DNA of 64,000 nt from assembly GCF_005845215.1 (NCBI RefSeq), contig NZ_SPHO01000015.1:57908-121907 (forward strand). The letters are read 5' to 3'. The position numbers and the translations under genes are program-made. Origin of the DNA: Clostridium sp. 1001271st1 H5 (lineage in GTDB: Bacteria > Bacillota > Clostridia > Lachnospirales > Lachnospiraceae). The notes below the pieces were generated by a model. It was given only the letters and a program-made list of their open reading frames with translations, had not been told where the DNA came from and did not search any database. Below are positions 10,647 through 20,832 of this stretch, one piece after another. Numbering within the stretch: position 1 is the first letter of the stretch; every line of letters begins with the position of its first letter.

Positions 10647-11477
10647 TTAAACAGAGCCCCCCTTATCCATCTCAGGCATTCCCGGCCCATTCTTATCAGA
10701 AGGCGCACATCCAAACATCTTTTTGTAAGCCCTGAAAAAGCTGGAGTAGTCTCCGAAGCCTGCCCTGGACGCCGCCTCTGCTGCCGGCGCCCCCATGGCC
10801 AGTTCTTTCCTCACAACAGCCATGCGCTTATAGAGGATATACCGGGCCACCGTGGTTCCCGTGGCCCTCTTAAATACAGCAGTCAGATGGTTCTTACTCA
10901 TATAGAAGGTCTGTGCCAGCCCCTCCAGTGTCAGGGATTCAGAGAGGTTCTGGTTGATATAGCGGATGATTTCCTGGACCTGCCCCTCCTTTCCCCTGGA
11001 TGTCCCTGCCGCCTCCCTGTACATTGCAAAAATCTTAGTCAAAAGAGACAGCACCCGTGTGCGGATTGCAATATCCTGTAAATCCTTTCCATAGCCCCCG
11101 CACTCCTCCAGGGAATGGAAGTACCACTCCAGCTGAAACTGTTCCTCATAACAGCACCATCCTGTCCCAAAGGGCTTCAGCAAAAGGGCCTGCTCATTTT
11201 CCTCCAGAAGCTCCGGTGCAACGTGCAGCCGTATCCGGTTGTATTCATCCGAATCCAGGACCCTTAACCCGTGAAAGCAGCCAGGCGGTATGATAATCAG
11301 GCTCCCCGGCCTGGGCGTGTAGGTCCTGCCCTCCAGCAGATACTCCACATTGCCTGAAATCATGTAATAAACCTCATAGACATCATGGCAGTGCATCCTG
11401 TACTCCATATCCGCCTCGTCGCTGCGCGTATGGGCATAGACCACCTTCTGCGTCTTAAAGCTCTCTTCCTGGTACAT
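10647..11477 (-). CDS. AraC-family transcriptional regulator (cupin sensor + HTH_AraC)
   Basis: A C-terminal double-HTH AraC signature (IRYINQNLSESLTLEGLAQTF...) and an N-terminal cupin-like domain. Confidence 0.85.
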   Translation of the reverse strand: MYQEESFKTQKVVYAHTRSDEADMEYRMHCHDVYEVYYMISGNVEYLLEGRTYTPRPGSLIIIPPGCFHGLRVLDSDEYNRIRLHVAPELLEENEQALLLKPFGTGWCCYEEQFQLEWYFHSLEECGGYGKDLQDIAIRTRVLSLLTKIFAMYREAAGTSRGKEGQVQEIIRYINQNLSESLTLEGLAQTFYMSKNHLTAVFKRATGTTVARYILYKRMAVVRKELAMGAPAAEAASRAGFGDYSSFFRAYKKMFGCAPSDKNGPGMPEMDKGGSV

Positions 11478-11776
11478 GGACCTCCTCCTTTTAAAATCCG
11501 GTTTCTTTCATTCTAACACAGATTGTGCTGATTGCAATATTTCTTTGTCTTCTGACAATGGTTTTTGCAATATACCTGTATTATAATGTGTCCTGTAAGC
11601 AAGAGAAACACAGCAAATAAATTGTTGCAAAAACCGAAAGGGCCCTCCCCCTTTCACACATTTTATCCCCCTTTATACGCAGTAAAAGACCAGGCATCCC
11701 CAGTGCCTGGTCTTTCTGTAACTGCTGCTATATTGACTGGCTTTGATATTATCTGTAATAAATTCTGTGATGTGCT

Positions 11777-13039
11777 CTAGGGCCAGATTGCCCTTGCTGC
11801 CTTGGCTTCCACTACCCGCTTCACGGCAATCAGGTATGCGCCGGTGCGCATAGTGGCATTCTGTTTCTGTGAAATATCCCATACAGCCTCAAACGCAGGG
11901 TCCATAATATCCTTCAGCTTTTCGTTGACTTCCTCCTCAGTCCAGCTCACGGACTGGATGTTCTGGACCCACTCAAAATAAGAAACCACCACGCCTCCTG
12001 CATTGGCCAGGATATCGGGCACAACGGTAATGCCTCTGTCCCGGAGTATTTCATCCGCATCCGCGGCCACTGGTCCATTGGCTGCCTCCACAATGATTTC
12101 CGCCCGGATTTTATGCGCATTGGAAGCATTAATCTGGTTCTCAAGGGCTGCCGGCACCAGTACCCTGGCATCCATCTCCAGAAGCTCCTCGTTGGTAATG
12201 CGGCTCATGCCCTCCTCCGTGTAATCCTTTAACAGATTTTTCCTGTTAAGGGAAAGGTAATCCAGAATAGCCGGCACATTAAGCCCCTCAGGACGATAGA
12301 TTCCCCCGGACACATCGCTGACAGCTATGATTTTCATGCCTTCCCTGTGCAGCAGCTTGGCTGTGATGCTGCCCACATTTCCCATTCCCTGAATGGCCAC
12401 CGTGGTTCCCTCAGCAGGGATTCCCATTTTTTTCAAGATGTTCTTCGTGGTATACATAACGCCCCGTCCGGTGGCCTCGTTCCTTCCAAGCGCACCGCCC
12501 AGGCAGATGGGCTTGCCTGTAACCACTCCGTGGATGCAGTGGCCCTTCAGCATGCTGTAGGTATCCATCATCCATCCCATAACAGCCGCATTGGTGCCCA
12601 CATCAGGAGCCGGGATATCCTGTTCCGGCCCAATGAGCGGGGCGATGGCTGCCGTATATCTTCTTGTGATGGCACGGATTTCATTTTCAGACAGCTCATT
12701 TGGGTCGCACACAACGCCGCCCTTGCCGCCGCCGTAAGGAATGTTTACCACGGCGCACTTAAATGTCATCCAGGCTGCCAGCGCCCGGACCTCGTCAGGG
12801 TTAACGGCCGGATGGAAACGTACGCCTCCCTTGGCCGGTCCCCGGGATGTGGAGTGCTGTACCCTGTATCCCTCAAATACCTTGGTGGTGCCGTCGTCCA
12901 TACGCACCGGAATCGCAACCTTAAGCTCCCTCTCCGGGTATTTGATGGCTTCTATATCGCTGTCCGTATAGCCCAGTATATCGGCTGCTTCCTTTACTAC
13001 CTTTAACACATTGTCATAAGGATTATATGTTTTCTCCAT
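11777..13039 (-). CDS. gdh: Glutamate dehydrogenase (Glu/Leu/Phe/Val dehydrogenase family, 420-aa clostridial type)
   Basis: Catalytic lysine motif GGGKGGVVCDP, and Rossmann GMGNVGS. Confidence 0.9.
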   Translation of the reverse strand: MEKTYNPYDNVLKVVKEAADILGYTDSDIEAIKYPERELKVAIPVRMDDGTTKVFEGYRVQHSTSRGPAKGGVRFHPAVNPDEVRALAAWMTFKCAVVNIPYGGGKGGVVCDPNELSENEIRAITRRYTAAIAPLIGPEQDIPAPDVGTNAAVMGWMMDTYSMLKGHCIHGVVTGKPICLGGALGRNEATGRGVMYTTKNILKKMGIPAEGTTVAIQGMGNVGSITAKLLHREGMKIIAVSDVSGGIYRPEGLNVPAILDYLSLNRKNLLKDYTEEGMSRITNEELLEMDARVLVPAALENQINASNAHKIRAEIIVEAANGPVAADADEILRDRGITVVPDILANAGGVVVSYFEWVQNIQSVSWTEEEVNEKLKDIMDPAFEAVWDISQKQNATMRTGAYLIAVKRVVEAKAARAIWP

Positions 13040-13079
13040 ACCTGCTCTCCTTTTTCTGCCTGATTGTTTACACTGTAAC

Positions 13080-14366
13080 TTAGTTTCCCTGATTCATCAC
13101 TGACTCGATTCCTGCTATCTTCACGCACAGAATGAATATGTCCATGGCAGCCTTCAGTTCCTCCGGTGTGGGATAGGTGGGCGCAATGCGGATATTCCTG
13201 TCCTCCGGGTCTTTTTTGTAAGGATAGGTGGCTCCTGCGCCTGTGAGCGTGACACCGGCCTCCCCGGCCAGCTGTACCGTGCGCTTCGCACATCCCGGGA
13301 GGGTGTCCAGGGAAATAAAATAACCTCCTCTTGGATGGCTCCACACCGCCAGTCCGGTCCCTTTCAGCTCTTCCTCCAGACGGTCCAGCACCATGTCAAA
13401 TTTGGGCCTCAGCACATCTGCCAGTTCCTTCATATGGCGGCGGATGTTCTCCGGCGTCTTAAAATACTGCACATGCCTTAACTGGTTCAGCTTGTCATGT
13501 CCGATGGTCTGGGAGGACATATGTCCTTTCAGCTCCTTCATGTTGTCCGGGCCTGAGGCAACCAGGGAAACGCCTGCTCCCGGAAACGTTATTTTGGAGG
13601 TTGAAAAGAAATAGTAGGCCCTGTCCGGGTGTCCGCAGGCCCGGCATGCATCCAGGATGTTCTTAAGGGCCACTTCACCGTAGATATGATGTACGCCGTA
13701 GGCATTGTCCCAGAATATCCTGAAATCCGGGGCAGCTGTCTCCATGGCTGCCAGACGGTCCACCACCCGGTCGCTGTAGCAAACGCCCTGGGGATTGGAA
13801 TGAAGGGGAACACACCAGATTCCCTTGATGGACTCATCCTTTCCTGCCATGGCTTCCACCATATCCATGTCCGGCCCGTCCTCCAGAAGAGGTACGGGAA
13901 TCATCTGGATTCCCAGCTCCTCGCAAATCTGGAAATGCCTGTCGTAGCCGGGCACAGGGCACAGGAATTTTACCGGACTGCCCTCATATCCGTAATGGCT
14001 CCATGGCTTTTCTCCGCCGGTCCCAAAGAGGCAGTGAAATGCAATGGTGTCAAACATCAGGTTCAGGCTGGAATTGCCCCCCATGATAATCTGGTCCGGA
14101 TTCAGCCCCAAAAGCTGTCCAAACAGACGCCTGCATTCCGGAATCCCTTCCAGGACGCCGTAATTCCTTGTGTCCGTGCCGTCCTCCAGCACACAGTCCT
14201 TCGGAAACTCCAACAGGCCCATGTTCATATCCAACTGGGCTGCTGCAGGCTTTCCCCTGGCCATATTCAGTTTCAAATTCAGTTTCCTGGCTTCCTGAAA
14301 CTGTATGGTAAGCTCTTTTAACATATCATGCAGTTCCTGTCTGGAATATTCCGTTACATGGTTCAT
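13080..14366 (-). CDS. PLP-dependent aminotransferase (aspartate aminotransferase-like family, PF12897-type)
   Basis: A 428-aa protein with STSKITFPGAGVS containing the PLP lysine. A 40-bp gap to the downstream gdh suggests an operon. Confidence 0.7.
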   Translation of the reverse strand: MNHVTEYSRQELHDMLKELTIQFQEARKLNLKLNMARGKPAAAQLDMNMGLLEFPKDCVLEDGTDTRNYGVLEGIPECRRLFGQLLGLNPDQIIMGGNSSLNLMFDTIAFHCLFGTGGEKPWSHYGYEGSPVKFLCPVPGYDRHFQICEELGIQMIPVPLLEDGPDMDMVEAMAGKDESIKGIWCVPLHSNPQGVCYSDRVVDRLAAMETAAPDFRIFWDNAYGVHHIYGEVALKNILDACRACGHPDRAYYFFSTSKITFPGAGVSLVASGPDNMKELKGHMSSQTIGHDKLNQLRHVQYFKTPENIRRHMKELADVLRPKFDMVLDRLEEELKGTGLAVWSHPRGGYFISLDTLPGCAKRTVQLAGEAGVTLTGAGATYPYKKDPEDRNIRIAPTYPTPEELKAAMDIFILCVKIAGIESVMNQGN

Positions 14367-14496
14367 TCATTGCCTCCGCATCAAACATTTGTCAGATATA
14401 TTTGTTCTTGCCTTTATTATAAAAATAACCTAGAATAAAAACAAATATTTATATTTGAATAAAACTTATAATTAAAAACTTATAGGAGGTGCAGCT

Positions 14497-15462
14497 ATGT
14501 TCAGCGGGATGAATTATGTGTATGAAGTCTATAAGGAACAGAGCTTTTCCAAGGCTGCTGAGAACCTTTACATATCCCAGCCAGCCCTCAGTTCCATGAT
14601 TAAGAAGATAGAGACAAAGGTGGGAATGCCGCTTTTTGACCGGAGCACCAGTCCCATCCAGCTGACCGAGTGCGGCAGGAAATACATCAAGACAGCGGAG
14701 AAAATCATGGACCTGGAAAATGAATTTGCCTACTATGTGGGCAATCTCCAGGAGCTGAAAACCGGGCGGCTGTCCGTAGGCGGCACCTACCTCTTTTCCT
14801 CCTTCATCTTTCCTCCCATTATTGATAAATTCCGCAGGGCGTATCCTCACGTGAAGCTGAACCTGTTCGAGGGCCACACCCCTTTGCTGGAGCAGAAGCT
14901 CTTTGCCGGGGAACTGGACATTATCATTGACAATTATCTGCTGGATGCGGGCATCTACGAAAAGGAGCGGTTCATGGAGGAACGGCTGCTGCTGGCCGTC
15001 CCCTGCTCCTTTGACAGCAACCGGCGTGCAGTGAAATACCAGCTGAAGGCTGCCGACATAAAGCGCTGCCTCCACCAGAACGACACATTTCCGGCCGTAT
15101 CCTTAAAGAAATTCAAGGATGAGCCCTTTGTGATGCTGCGTTCCCACAACGATACCAGGGAACGTGTGGACGCCATACTGGGCCGGGCCGGAATCCAGTT
15201 AAACTACACCTTAAAGCTGAACCAGCTTTTAACCACCTATCACCTGACAGAGTACGGCATGGGCGCCTCCTTTGTCAGCGACACCGTGGTCAAGTGCCTT
15301 CCGGAAAACCCGGATATCATATATTATAAGATTGACGACCCTGAGGCGGTAAGGGAGGTCTACCTGTATTACAAAAAAAATAAATACCTGACCCGGAGCA
15401 TGATTGAATTCATCAAAATGGCCATTCCGGGCATTGAAAAAAACTCTGAGAAATATCTATAA
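14497..15462 (+). CDS. LysR-family transcriptional regulator
   Basis: N-terminal HTH YEVYKEQSFSKAAENLYISQPALSSMIKKIE. It is divergent from the aminotransferase-gdh operon, and a 10-bp direct repeat AAAACTTATA x2 lies in the shared promoter region. Confidence 0.9.
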   Translation: MFSGMNYVYEVYKEQSFSKAAENLYISQPALSSMIKKIETKVGMPLFDRSTSPIQLTECGRKYIKTAEKIMDLENEFAYYVGNLQELKTGRLSVGGTYLFSSFIFPPIIDKFRRAYPHVKLNLFEGHTPLLEQKLFAGELDIIIDNYLLDAGIYEKERFMEERLLLAVPCSFDSNRRAVKYQLKAADIKRCLHQNDTFPAVSLKKFKDEPFVMLRSHNDTRERVDAILGRAGIQLNYTLKLNQLLTTYHLTEYGMGASFVSDTVVKCLPENPDIIYYKIDDPEAVREVYLYYKKNKYLTRSMIEFIKMAIPGIEKNSEKYL

Positions 15463-15529
15463 GCGTATGCTTATAAGTGTTATAAACAGCATTTTTGTCA
15501 AAAAAAAAACACATACGGGGGTAAGAAAT

Positions 15530-17410
15530 ATGGTAGGATGGCCAGAAATCCTTAAGAAGGAAAACCTGACAAGAGAAGAGAAAAAATGTATCTGCAACCG
15601 GCTCATGACCACGGAAAGCCATATGGAGCAGCTGATACTGAAGCATTTCACGGAGGAGGATTTCCGCCGGGTCTGGATGCGCAAGATTGGAGGCGGCGTC
15701 ATCGGCGGAAAGGCCTGCGGCCTTTTAGTGGCCAGGAAGCTGATTGAGATGAACATGCCGGAATACGCCGGACATGTGGAGCCACATAACTCCTTTTTCA
15801 TTGGCACGGATGTGTTCTACCGGTATCTGGTGTATAACCGCTGCGCGGAATTAAAGGCCAGGCACCGGCTGGAAAAGGAACATTTTAAGGAAACAGAGGA
15901 GCTGACCAGACGGCTGCGAAACGGCTCCCTTCCCGAAGATATCCGGGAAGAGCTCAGCGACATGCTGGACCACTACGGAACCACCCCCATCATTGTCCGC
16001 TCCAGCAGCATCATGGAGGACGGATACGGCAATGCATTCTCCGGCAAATATGAATCCATTTTCTGCATGAATCAGGGTACCAAGGAGGAACGGATGGAGG
16101 AACTGGAGGAAGCCATCCGCCGGGTCTACGCCAGCACCATGAATGAACAGGCCATTGAGTACCGGAGGAAACGCCATTTGTTAGATGTGGATGAGCAGAT
16201 GGCCCTGCTGGTCCAGCAGGTGGCGGGCCAGCAGTACGGTGACCTCTATATGCCGGTGGCAGCTGGTATGGGCTGTTCCTACAACCCTTACAAATGGATG
16301 GAGCACTTAAACCCTGAGGCAGGAATGCTGCGCATGGTCATGGGATTAGGCACAAGGGCAGTGGAAAGGACACCCGGCGATTATCCGCGCCTCATCGGCC
16401 TGGACAGGGCCCAGGCCAACCTAAGGACCACCCTGGCTGAACGCCACAAATTCTCCCAGCGCAAGGTAGATGTCCTGGACTTTGGCACTAAGACGCTCTG
16501 CACCAAATCCCTGGAAAAAATTCTGGACCTCTTTCCCAAATGGCAGAAAAAAATGGTCCTCAGCAGGGACACGGATGCCGAGGACCTGCTGGCCGAGCGC
16601 CACATTTACAGGACCATCTATTTTGCGGACTGCCAGGGCCTGGTGGACAACCTGGAGTTCATACGCATGATGCGCTCCCTTATGAAGATGCTTGAAAAAG
16701 AGTATGAGCGTCCCGTAGATGTGGAGTTTGCCGTCACCAGCCCGGAGGAAGGCGTGTGGAGGCTGAACCTGCTGCAATGCCGCCCCCTTCAGACCGCCAA
16801 ATCCGAGCAGGTACATATACCGGACGGCGTGGACCATGAATTCCTCTTTGATGTCCGCAGGACCTCCATGCGCCGTTCCAAGGAGGAGCGCATCGACTAT
16901 ATTGTGTGGGTGGACCCGCAGAAATACTATGAATATGAATACTCCCGGAAACCGGATGTGGCCCGCCTCATCAGCCGCATCAACCAGCATTTTGAGGACA
17001 CGGATAGGAAGCTGATGCTTCTGGTGCCGGGCCGTATCGGGACATCCTCCCCGGAACTAGGCGTACCCGTGGTCTATGCGGAAATCAGCCAGTTCAGCGC
17101 CATCTGCGAGGTGGCCTATGGAAAAGCCGGCTACCATCCCGACCTCTCATACGGCAGCCACATGTTCCAGGACATGGTTGAGGCGGATGTGTATTACGGT
17201 GCCATCAATGACAACAGCAAGACCAGGCTGTACCACCCTGAGCTTCTTTCCAAATACCCAGAGGTGTTAAGGGACATCCTGCCCGATGAATCCCAGGAGC
17301 TGGCTGACATCGTAAAGGTCCATGACATAAGCCAATCCAGGGCCACCCTGACCCTGGATGCCCAGGAGGGCCGGGCCGTGTGCCGGATACGCGGCGCAGA
17401 GCAGGAATGA
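15530..17410 (+). CDS. PEP/pyruvate-binding domain protein (pyruvate phosphate dikinase N-terminal domain family)
   Basis: Contains GGGVIGGKACGL and the SSSIMEDGYGNAFSGKYESIFC motifs of the PPDK_N/PEP synthase ATP-grasp region. Start chosen at ATG 15530 after the LysR stop rather than the overlapping upstream ORF start. Confidence 0.7.
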   Translation: MVGWPEILKKENLTREEKKCICNRLMTTESHMEQLILKHFTEEDFRRVWMRKIGGGVIGGKACGLLVARKLIEMNMPEYAGHVEPHNSFFIGTDVFYRYLVYNRCAELKARHRLEKEHFKETEELTRRLRNGSLPEDIREELSDMLDHYGTTPIIVRSSSIMEDGYGNAFSGKYESIFCMNQGTKEERMEELEEAIRRVYASTMNEQAIEYRRKRHLLDVDEQMALLVQQVAGQQYGDLYMPVAAGMGCSYNPYKWMEHLNPEAGMLRMVMGLGTRAVERTPGDYPRLIGLDRAQANLRTTLAERHKFSQRKVDVLDFGTKTLCTKSLEKILDLFPKWQKKMVLSRDTDAEDLLAERHIYRTIYFADCQGLVDNLEFIRMMRSLMKMLEKEYERPVDVEFAVTSPEEGVWRLNLLQCRPLQTAKSEQVHIPDGVDHEFLFDVRRTSMRRSKEERIDYIVWVDPQKYYEYEYSRKPDVARLISRINQHFEDTDRKLMLLVPGRIGTSSPELGVPVVYAEISQFSAICEVAYGKAGYHPDLSYGSHMFQDMVEADVYYGAINDNSKTRLYHPELLSKYPEVLRDILPDESQELADIVKVHDISQSRATLTLDAQEGRAVCRIRGAEQE

Positions 17411-17435
17411 TTTCCCGCCTGCAATCATACGTTTT

Positions 17436-17500
17436 CCCGCAATGTATACCCGCCTTATTATCACGCGGGATATACATTGCGGGAAATAAATTATTTTTTA
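17436..17500 (+). terminator. Rho-independent terminator
   Basis: A long hairpin CCCGCAATGTATA...TATACATTGCGGG followed by a T-rich run. Confidence 0.55.
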
Positions 17501-17665
17501 CCATTGACAGACACCAAAAATCATGATATAGTTATCTCATATTTTTTATAAGATTTTGATTTCACATGTTTTTGTAAGTCATTATTCCTATGATGATTTA
17601 CAAAAATATGTGATTTTTTTATTTTTATCGAAAATATAATAATATTATATCAGGAGGTATCTTTC

Positions 17666-17869
17666 ATGAATAAAGGTACAGTAAAATGGTTTAACTCTCA
17701 GAAGGGCTTTGGCTTCATTACGAACGAAGAGGATGGAACAGATGTGTTTGTTCACTTTTCCGGTATTGCTTCCGATGGCTTTAAGTCACTGGAAGATGGT
17801 CAGGCAGTTACGTTTGACATCACAAACAGCCAGCGCGGATTACAGGCCGTTAACGTTTGCGGCGCTTAA
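17666..17869 (+). CDS. cspA: Cold-shock protein (CspA family)
   Basis: A 67-aa protein with [12 protein letters not shown] (RNP1) and VFVHF (RNP2). A long AT-rich 5' UTR (17500-17665) is typical of csp genes. Confidence 0.9.
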   Translation: MNKGTVKWFNSQKGFGFITNEEDGTDVFVHFSGIASDGFKSLEDGQAVTFDITNSQRGLQAVNVCGA

Positions 17870-17879
17870 TCACCAGCGC

Positions 17880-17916
17880 ATTAAGGGGACCGTCTCTCAG
17901 AGGCGGTCCTTTTTGT
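17880..17916 (+). terminator. Rho-independent terminator
   Basis: Hairpin AGGACCGTCTCTCAGAGGCGGTCCT followed by a T5 run. Confidence 0.6.
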
Positions 17917-18004
17917 AATTATCAGCTGCACCGGATATGGGTCCGGAACTGTTAATGAACTATGTATGGGTACCAGGATAAGCCTGATACCCCAATGCCG
18001 CAGG

Positions 18005-18619
18005 TTACTGCTGTTTCACAAACTGCTTGTCAAACTCAGCATTAAAATAATAAAAATTCTTTTCATCCAGCTTGGATTTAATCTTTTCCAGGGCCTCCCC
18101 AAACCGTTGGAAGTGTACAACCTCACGCGCCCGCAGGAACTTAAGCGGTTCACGTACTTCCGGATTTTCAATTACACGAATCAGATTATCATAGGTGGTT
18201 CTTGCCTTCTGCTCTGCAGCCAGGTCTTCATGCAAATCTGTGATGGCATCTCCCTTTGACTGGAATTCACAGGCATTGAAAGGCACGCCTGCAGCAGCAG
18301 TAGGCCATAGTGCTGTGGTATGGTCAATATAATAAGCAGCAAATCCATCTGTTTTAGCCTGTTCAGGCGTTAGGTTTTTGGTAAGCTGGTATATGATGGC
18401 GCAAATCATTTCCAAATGAGCCAGCTCTTCCGTACCGATATCTGTAAGCAATCCGCCCACTTCCTTGCATGGCATGGTATAACGCTGGGAAAGATAACGC
18501 ATGGAGGCAGCCAGCTCCCCATCCGGTCCGCCGAACTGGCTGATAATCAAGGAAGCGGTCTTCGGACAGGTTTTAGTAATATTTACAGGAAATTGAAGTC
18601 TTTTCTCATACGTCCACAT
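18005..18619 (-). CDS. cotJC: Manganese catalase family spore coat protein CotJC
   Basis: The Mn-catalase di-metal glutamate/histidine motifs (EELAHLEM...), and it is the last gene of a cotJA-JB-JC arrangement. Confidence 0.85.
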   Translation of the reverse strand: MWTYEKRLQFPVNITKTCPKTASLIISQFGGPDGELAASMRYLSQRYTMPCKEVGGLLTDIGTEELAHLEMICAIIYQLTKNLTPEQAKTDGFAAYYIDHTTALWPTAAAGVPFNACEFQSKGDAITDLHEDLAAEQKARTTYDNLIRVIENPEVREPLKFLRAREVVHFQRFGEALEKIKSKLDEKNFYYFNAEFDKQFVKQQ

Positions 18620-18930
18620 TATACGGCACCTCCTTCATTATCCCAGGGAAGAGGTCCGTCGGACCAGGTAAAATGCTTCTGTCCCGGGTATTTTGTCTTG
18701 GTTTCTGTCTTGTTATTTGTGTCAGGACAGATACAGTTCAGGGTCAACGGCTCATATTCCTTTGCAAAGGCGTCCAGCAGCTGTTTTCTCTGGTTCAGGG
18801 CCTGACTGAACGCATCCAGGGCATCCTTATCCAGAGGATGGGTGTCCAGATACAGGTTCAGGTCATTGACTACGAAACTGGTTTCATTAATCTGTTTAAG
18901 AAGCTGGCAGCGGTCAGGCATGAGGTTCAC
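18619..18930 (-). CDS. cotJB: Spore coat protein CotJB
   Basis: A 103-aa protein. LNLYLDTHP is the conserved CotJB motif. It overlaps the cotJC start. Confidence 0.7.
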   Translation of the reverse strand: MNLMPDRCQLLKQINETSFVVNDLNLYLDTHPLDKDALDAFSQALNQRKQLLDAFAKEYEPLTLNCICPDTNNKTETKTKYPGQKHFTWSDGPLPWDNEGGAV

Positions 18931-19126
18931 CTCCTACTAAGAAAAATGGCAAATCCAGACATGGAAAAATGGTTCCCTGTTTCAGGGCCTTCGACGGCTC
19001 ATACGGCGTCTCCCAGGGCTGCATGGGAACAGTGGCTATGGCCAGAGAAAGTCCGGGTCCCGGGGCCGGAAGCTTATCCCCGCATCCGCAGGATGCCGGA
19101 GCCGGCTTGCAATCACATAAATTCAT
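18914..19126 (-). CDS. cotJA: Spore coat-associated protein CotJA
   Basis: A 70-aa protein ending ...QALKQGTIFP.LDLPFF, which is typical of CotJA. RBS AAAGGAG sits upstream. Confidence 0.65.
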   Translation of the reverse strand: MNLCDCKPAPASCGCGDKLPAPGPGLSLAIATVPMQPWETPYEPSKALKQGTIFPCLDLPFFLVGGEPHA

Positions 19127-19379
19127 AAGAACACTCCTTTCATCATGAACTTAACAACTCGTGTCCTTATTATTATCCCTTGGTGCCGGTTTTTTACCTT
19201 GCCAAAATTCTGTAAGATAATCCATAATTTTTTCAAACCGCCAGTTTCATATCCTCCTCTCCCGGCCGCAATATGTATGCTGGTATTCTGACTGCATATA
19301 TTAAGAAATAGACAATATGCAATTTTTGATTTACAATAGGACTTTATGCATTCATCTTACTGAACATTGGAGGTTTTAC

Positions 19380-20716
19380 GTGAATAACCCAGCTGACACT
19401 CAAAGGGACTCCTGGAAAACCAATTGGGGGTTCATCCTTTCCTGCATCGGCTCTGCTGTGGGCATGGGCAATATATGGATGTTTCCCGCCAGAGTCTCCA
19501 AATACGGCGGAGGCACCTTTCTTCTGCCCTATTTTTTCTTTGTTATCATCATCGGTCTGTCCGGCGTCATCGGAGAGATGGCCTTTGGCAGGGCCGCCCG
19601 CTCCGGTCCCATCGGCGCCTTTGGCCAGGCCACGCAGAGCCGGGGAAAAGGCCGGCATCTGGGTGAAGCCATCGGCTATGTCCCGGTTTTGGGCTCCCTA
19701 GCCCTGGCCATTGGATATTCCGTCATTGTAGGCTGGATACTCCGATACAGCATTGGCTCCTTTACCGGTTCCACGCTGATTCCCGGCGATGTGGAAGGCT
19801 TTGCCCTTGCATTTAATTCCATGGCTGGTTCCTTTGGCAATAATTTCTGGCAGACCGTGGGCCTGGCTCTTACCTTTATCATCATGGTCCTGGGCATTTC
19901 CGGCGGCATAGAGAAAATCAACAAGATAATCATGCCCCTGTTCTTCCTCATGTTCCTGGGACTTGCCGCCTACATGGCGTTCCAGCCCTCTGCCGCGGAG
20001 GGATACCGCTATATCTTCCGGATAGACCTGAAGGGTCTGGCAGACCCCATGACCTGGGTTTTCGCCCTGGGCCAGGCCTTCTTCTCGCTGTCACTGGCAG
20101 GCAACGGCACCTTGATTTACGGTTCCTATCTGGATGACCGGGAGGATGTGACAAACGCAGCATGGAAGGTGGCCCTTTTCGACACTCTGGCAGCCATGCT
20201 GGCCGCCCTCGTCATCATACCAGCCATGGCAACCGCTGGTTCCAGGCTGGATGAAGGCGGGCCGGGCCTGATTTTTATCTACCTGCCCAACCTTTTTAAA
20301 TCCATGCCCGGAAGCCGTATTCTGATTATCGTATTCTTTACAGCCGTATTGTTTGCAGGAATCTCATCCCTGATTAACCTGTTCGAGGCCCCCATCGCTG
20401 CCCTCCAGCAGCAGTTCAGGCTCAGCAGGAGAACATCGGTCACAGTGATTGCTGCCGCAGCTCTGGCTGTGGGACTGTGCATACAGGGTATTGTATCCGG
20501 ATGGACTTTGTTTCCATTTACATCTGCCCTCTCGGAGCCGGTTTGGCAGGCATCATGTTTTTCTGGGTACTTGGGGAGAATTATGTGAAAAAAGAAGTGG
20601 AAAAAGGCCGTCCCCGGCCAGTGGGTCCCTGGTTCCGTTTCATGACAGCCTATCTGTTCTGCGGACTTACGGTTGTTGTCTTTGTTTTGGGGATTGCCTT
20701 CGGAGGAATCGGCTGA
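19380..20716 (+). pseudogene. Sodium-dependent (NSS/SNF family) transporter, disrupted by a frameshift near 20500
   Basis: NSS motifs (GNIWMFP, GGGTFLLPYF) run from GTG 19380, preceded by GGAGG. The reading frame ends at 20588, but the C-terminal TM helices (MDFVSIYICPLGAGLAGIMFFWV...) continue in the +1 frame to 20716. Confidence 0.6.
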
Positions 20717-20832
20717 GTTCTTGACGTTTATTCCCGGACCGTAGTATAATCATATCAATGATACATGTGATTCCCTGTCACCTGCAAGCTGACAGGGAGT
20801 CTTCTTTTATTCACGAAAGACGAGGTAACCTT

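Noticed and set aside
15404-15529. Upstream extension of the PPDK_N-family ORF overlapping the LysR gene
   Set aside because: It overlaps the 3' end of the LysR CDS in another frame. ATG 15530 follows the LysR stop and gives a sensible N-terminus.
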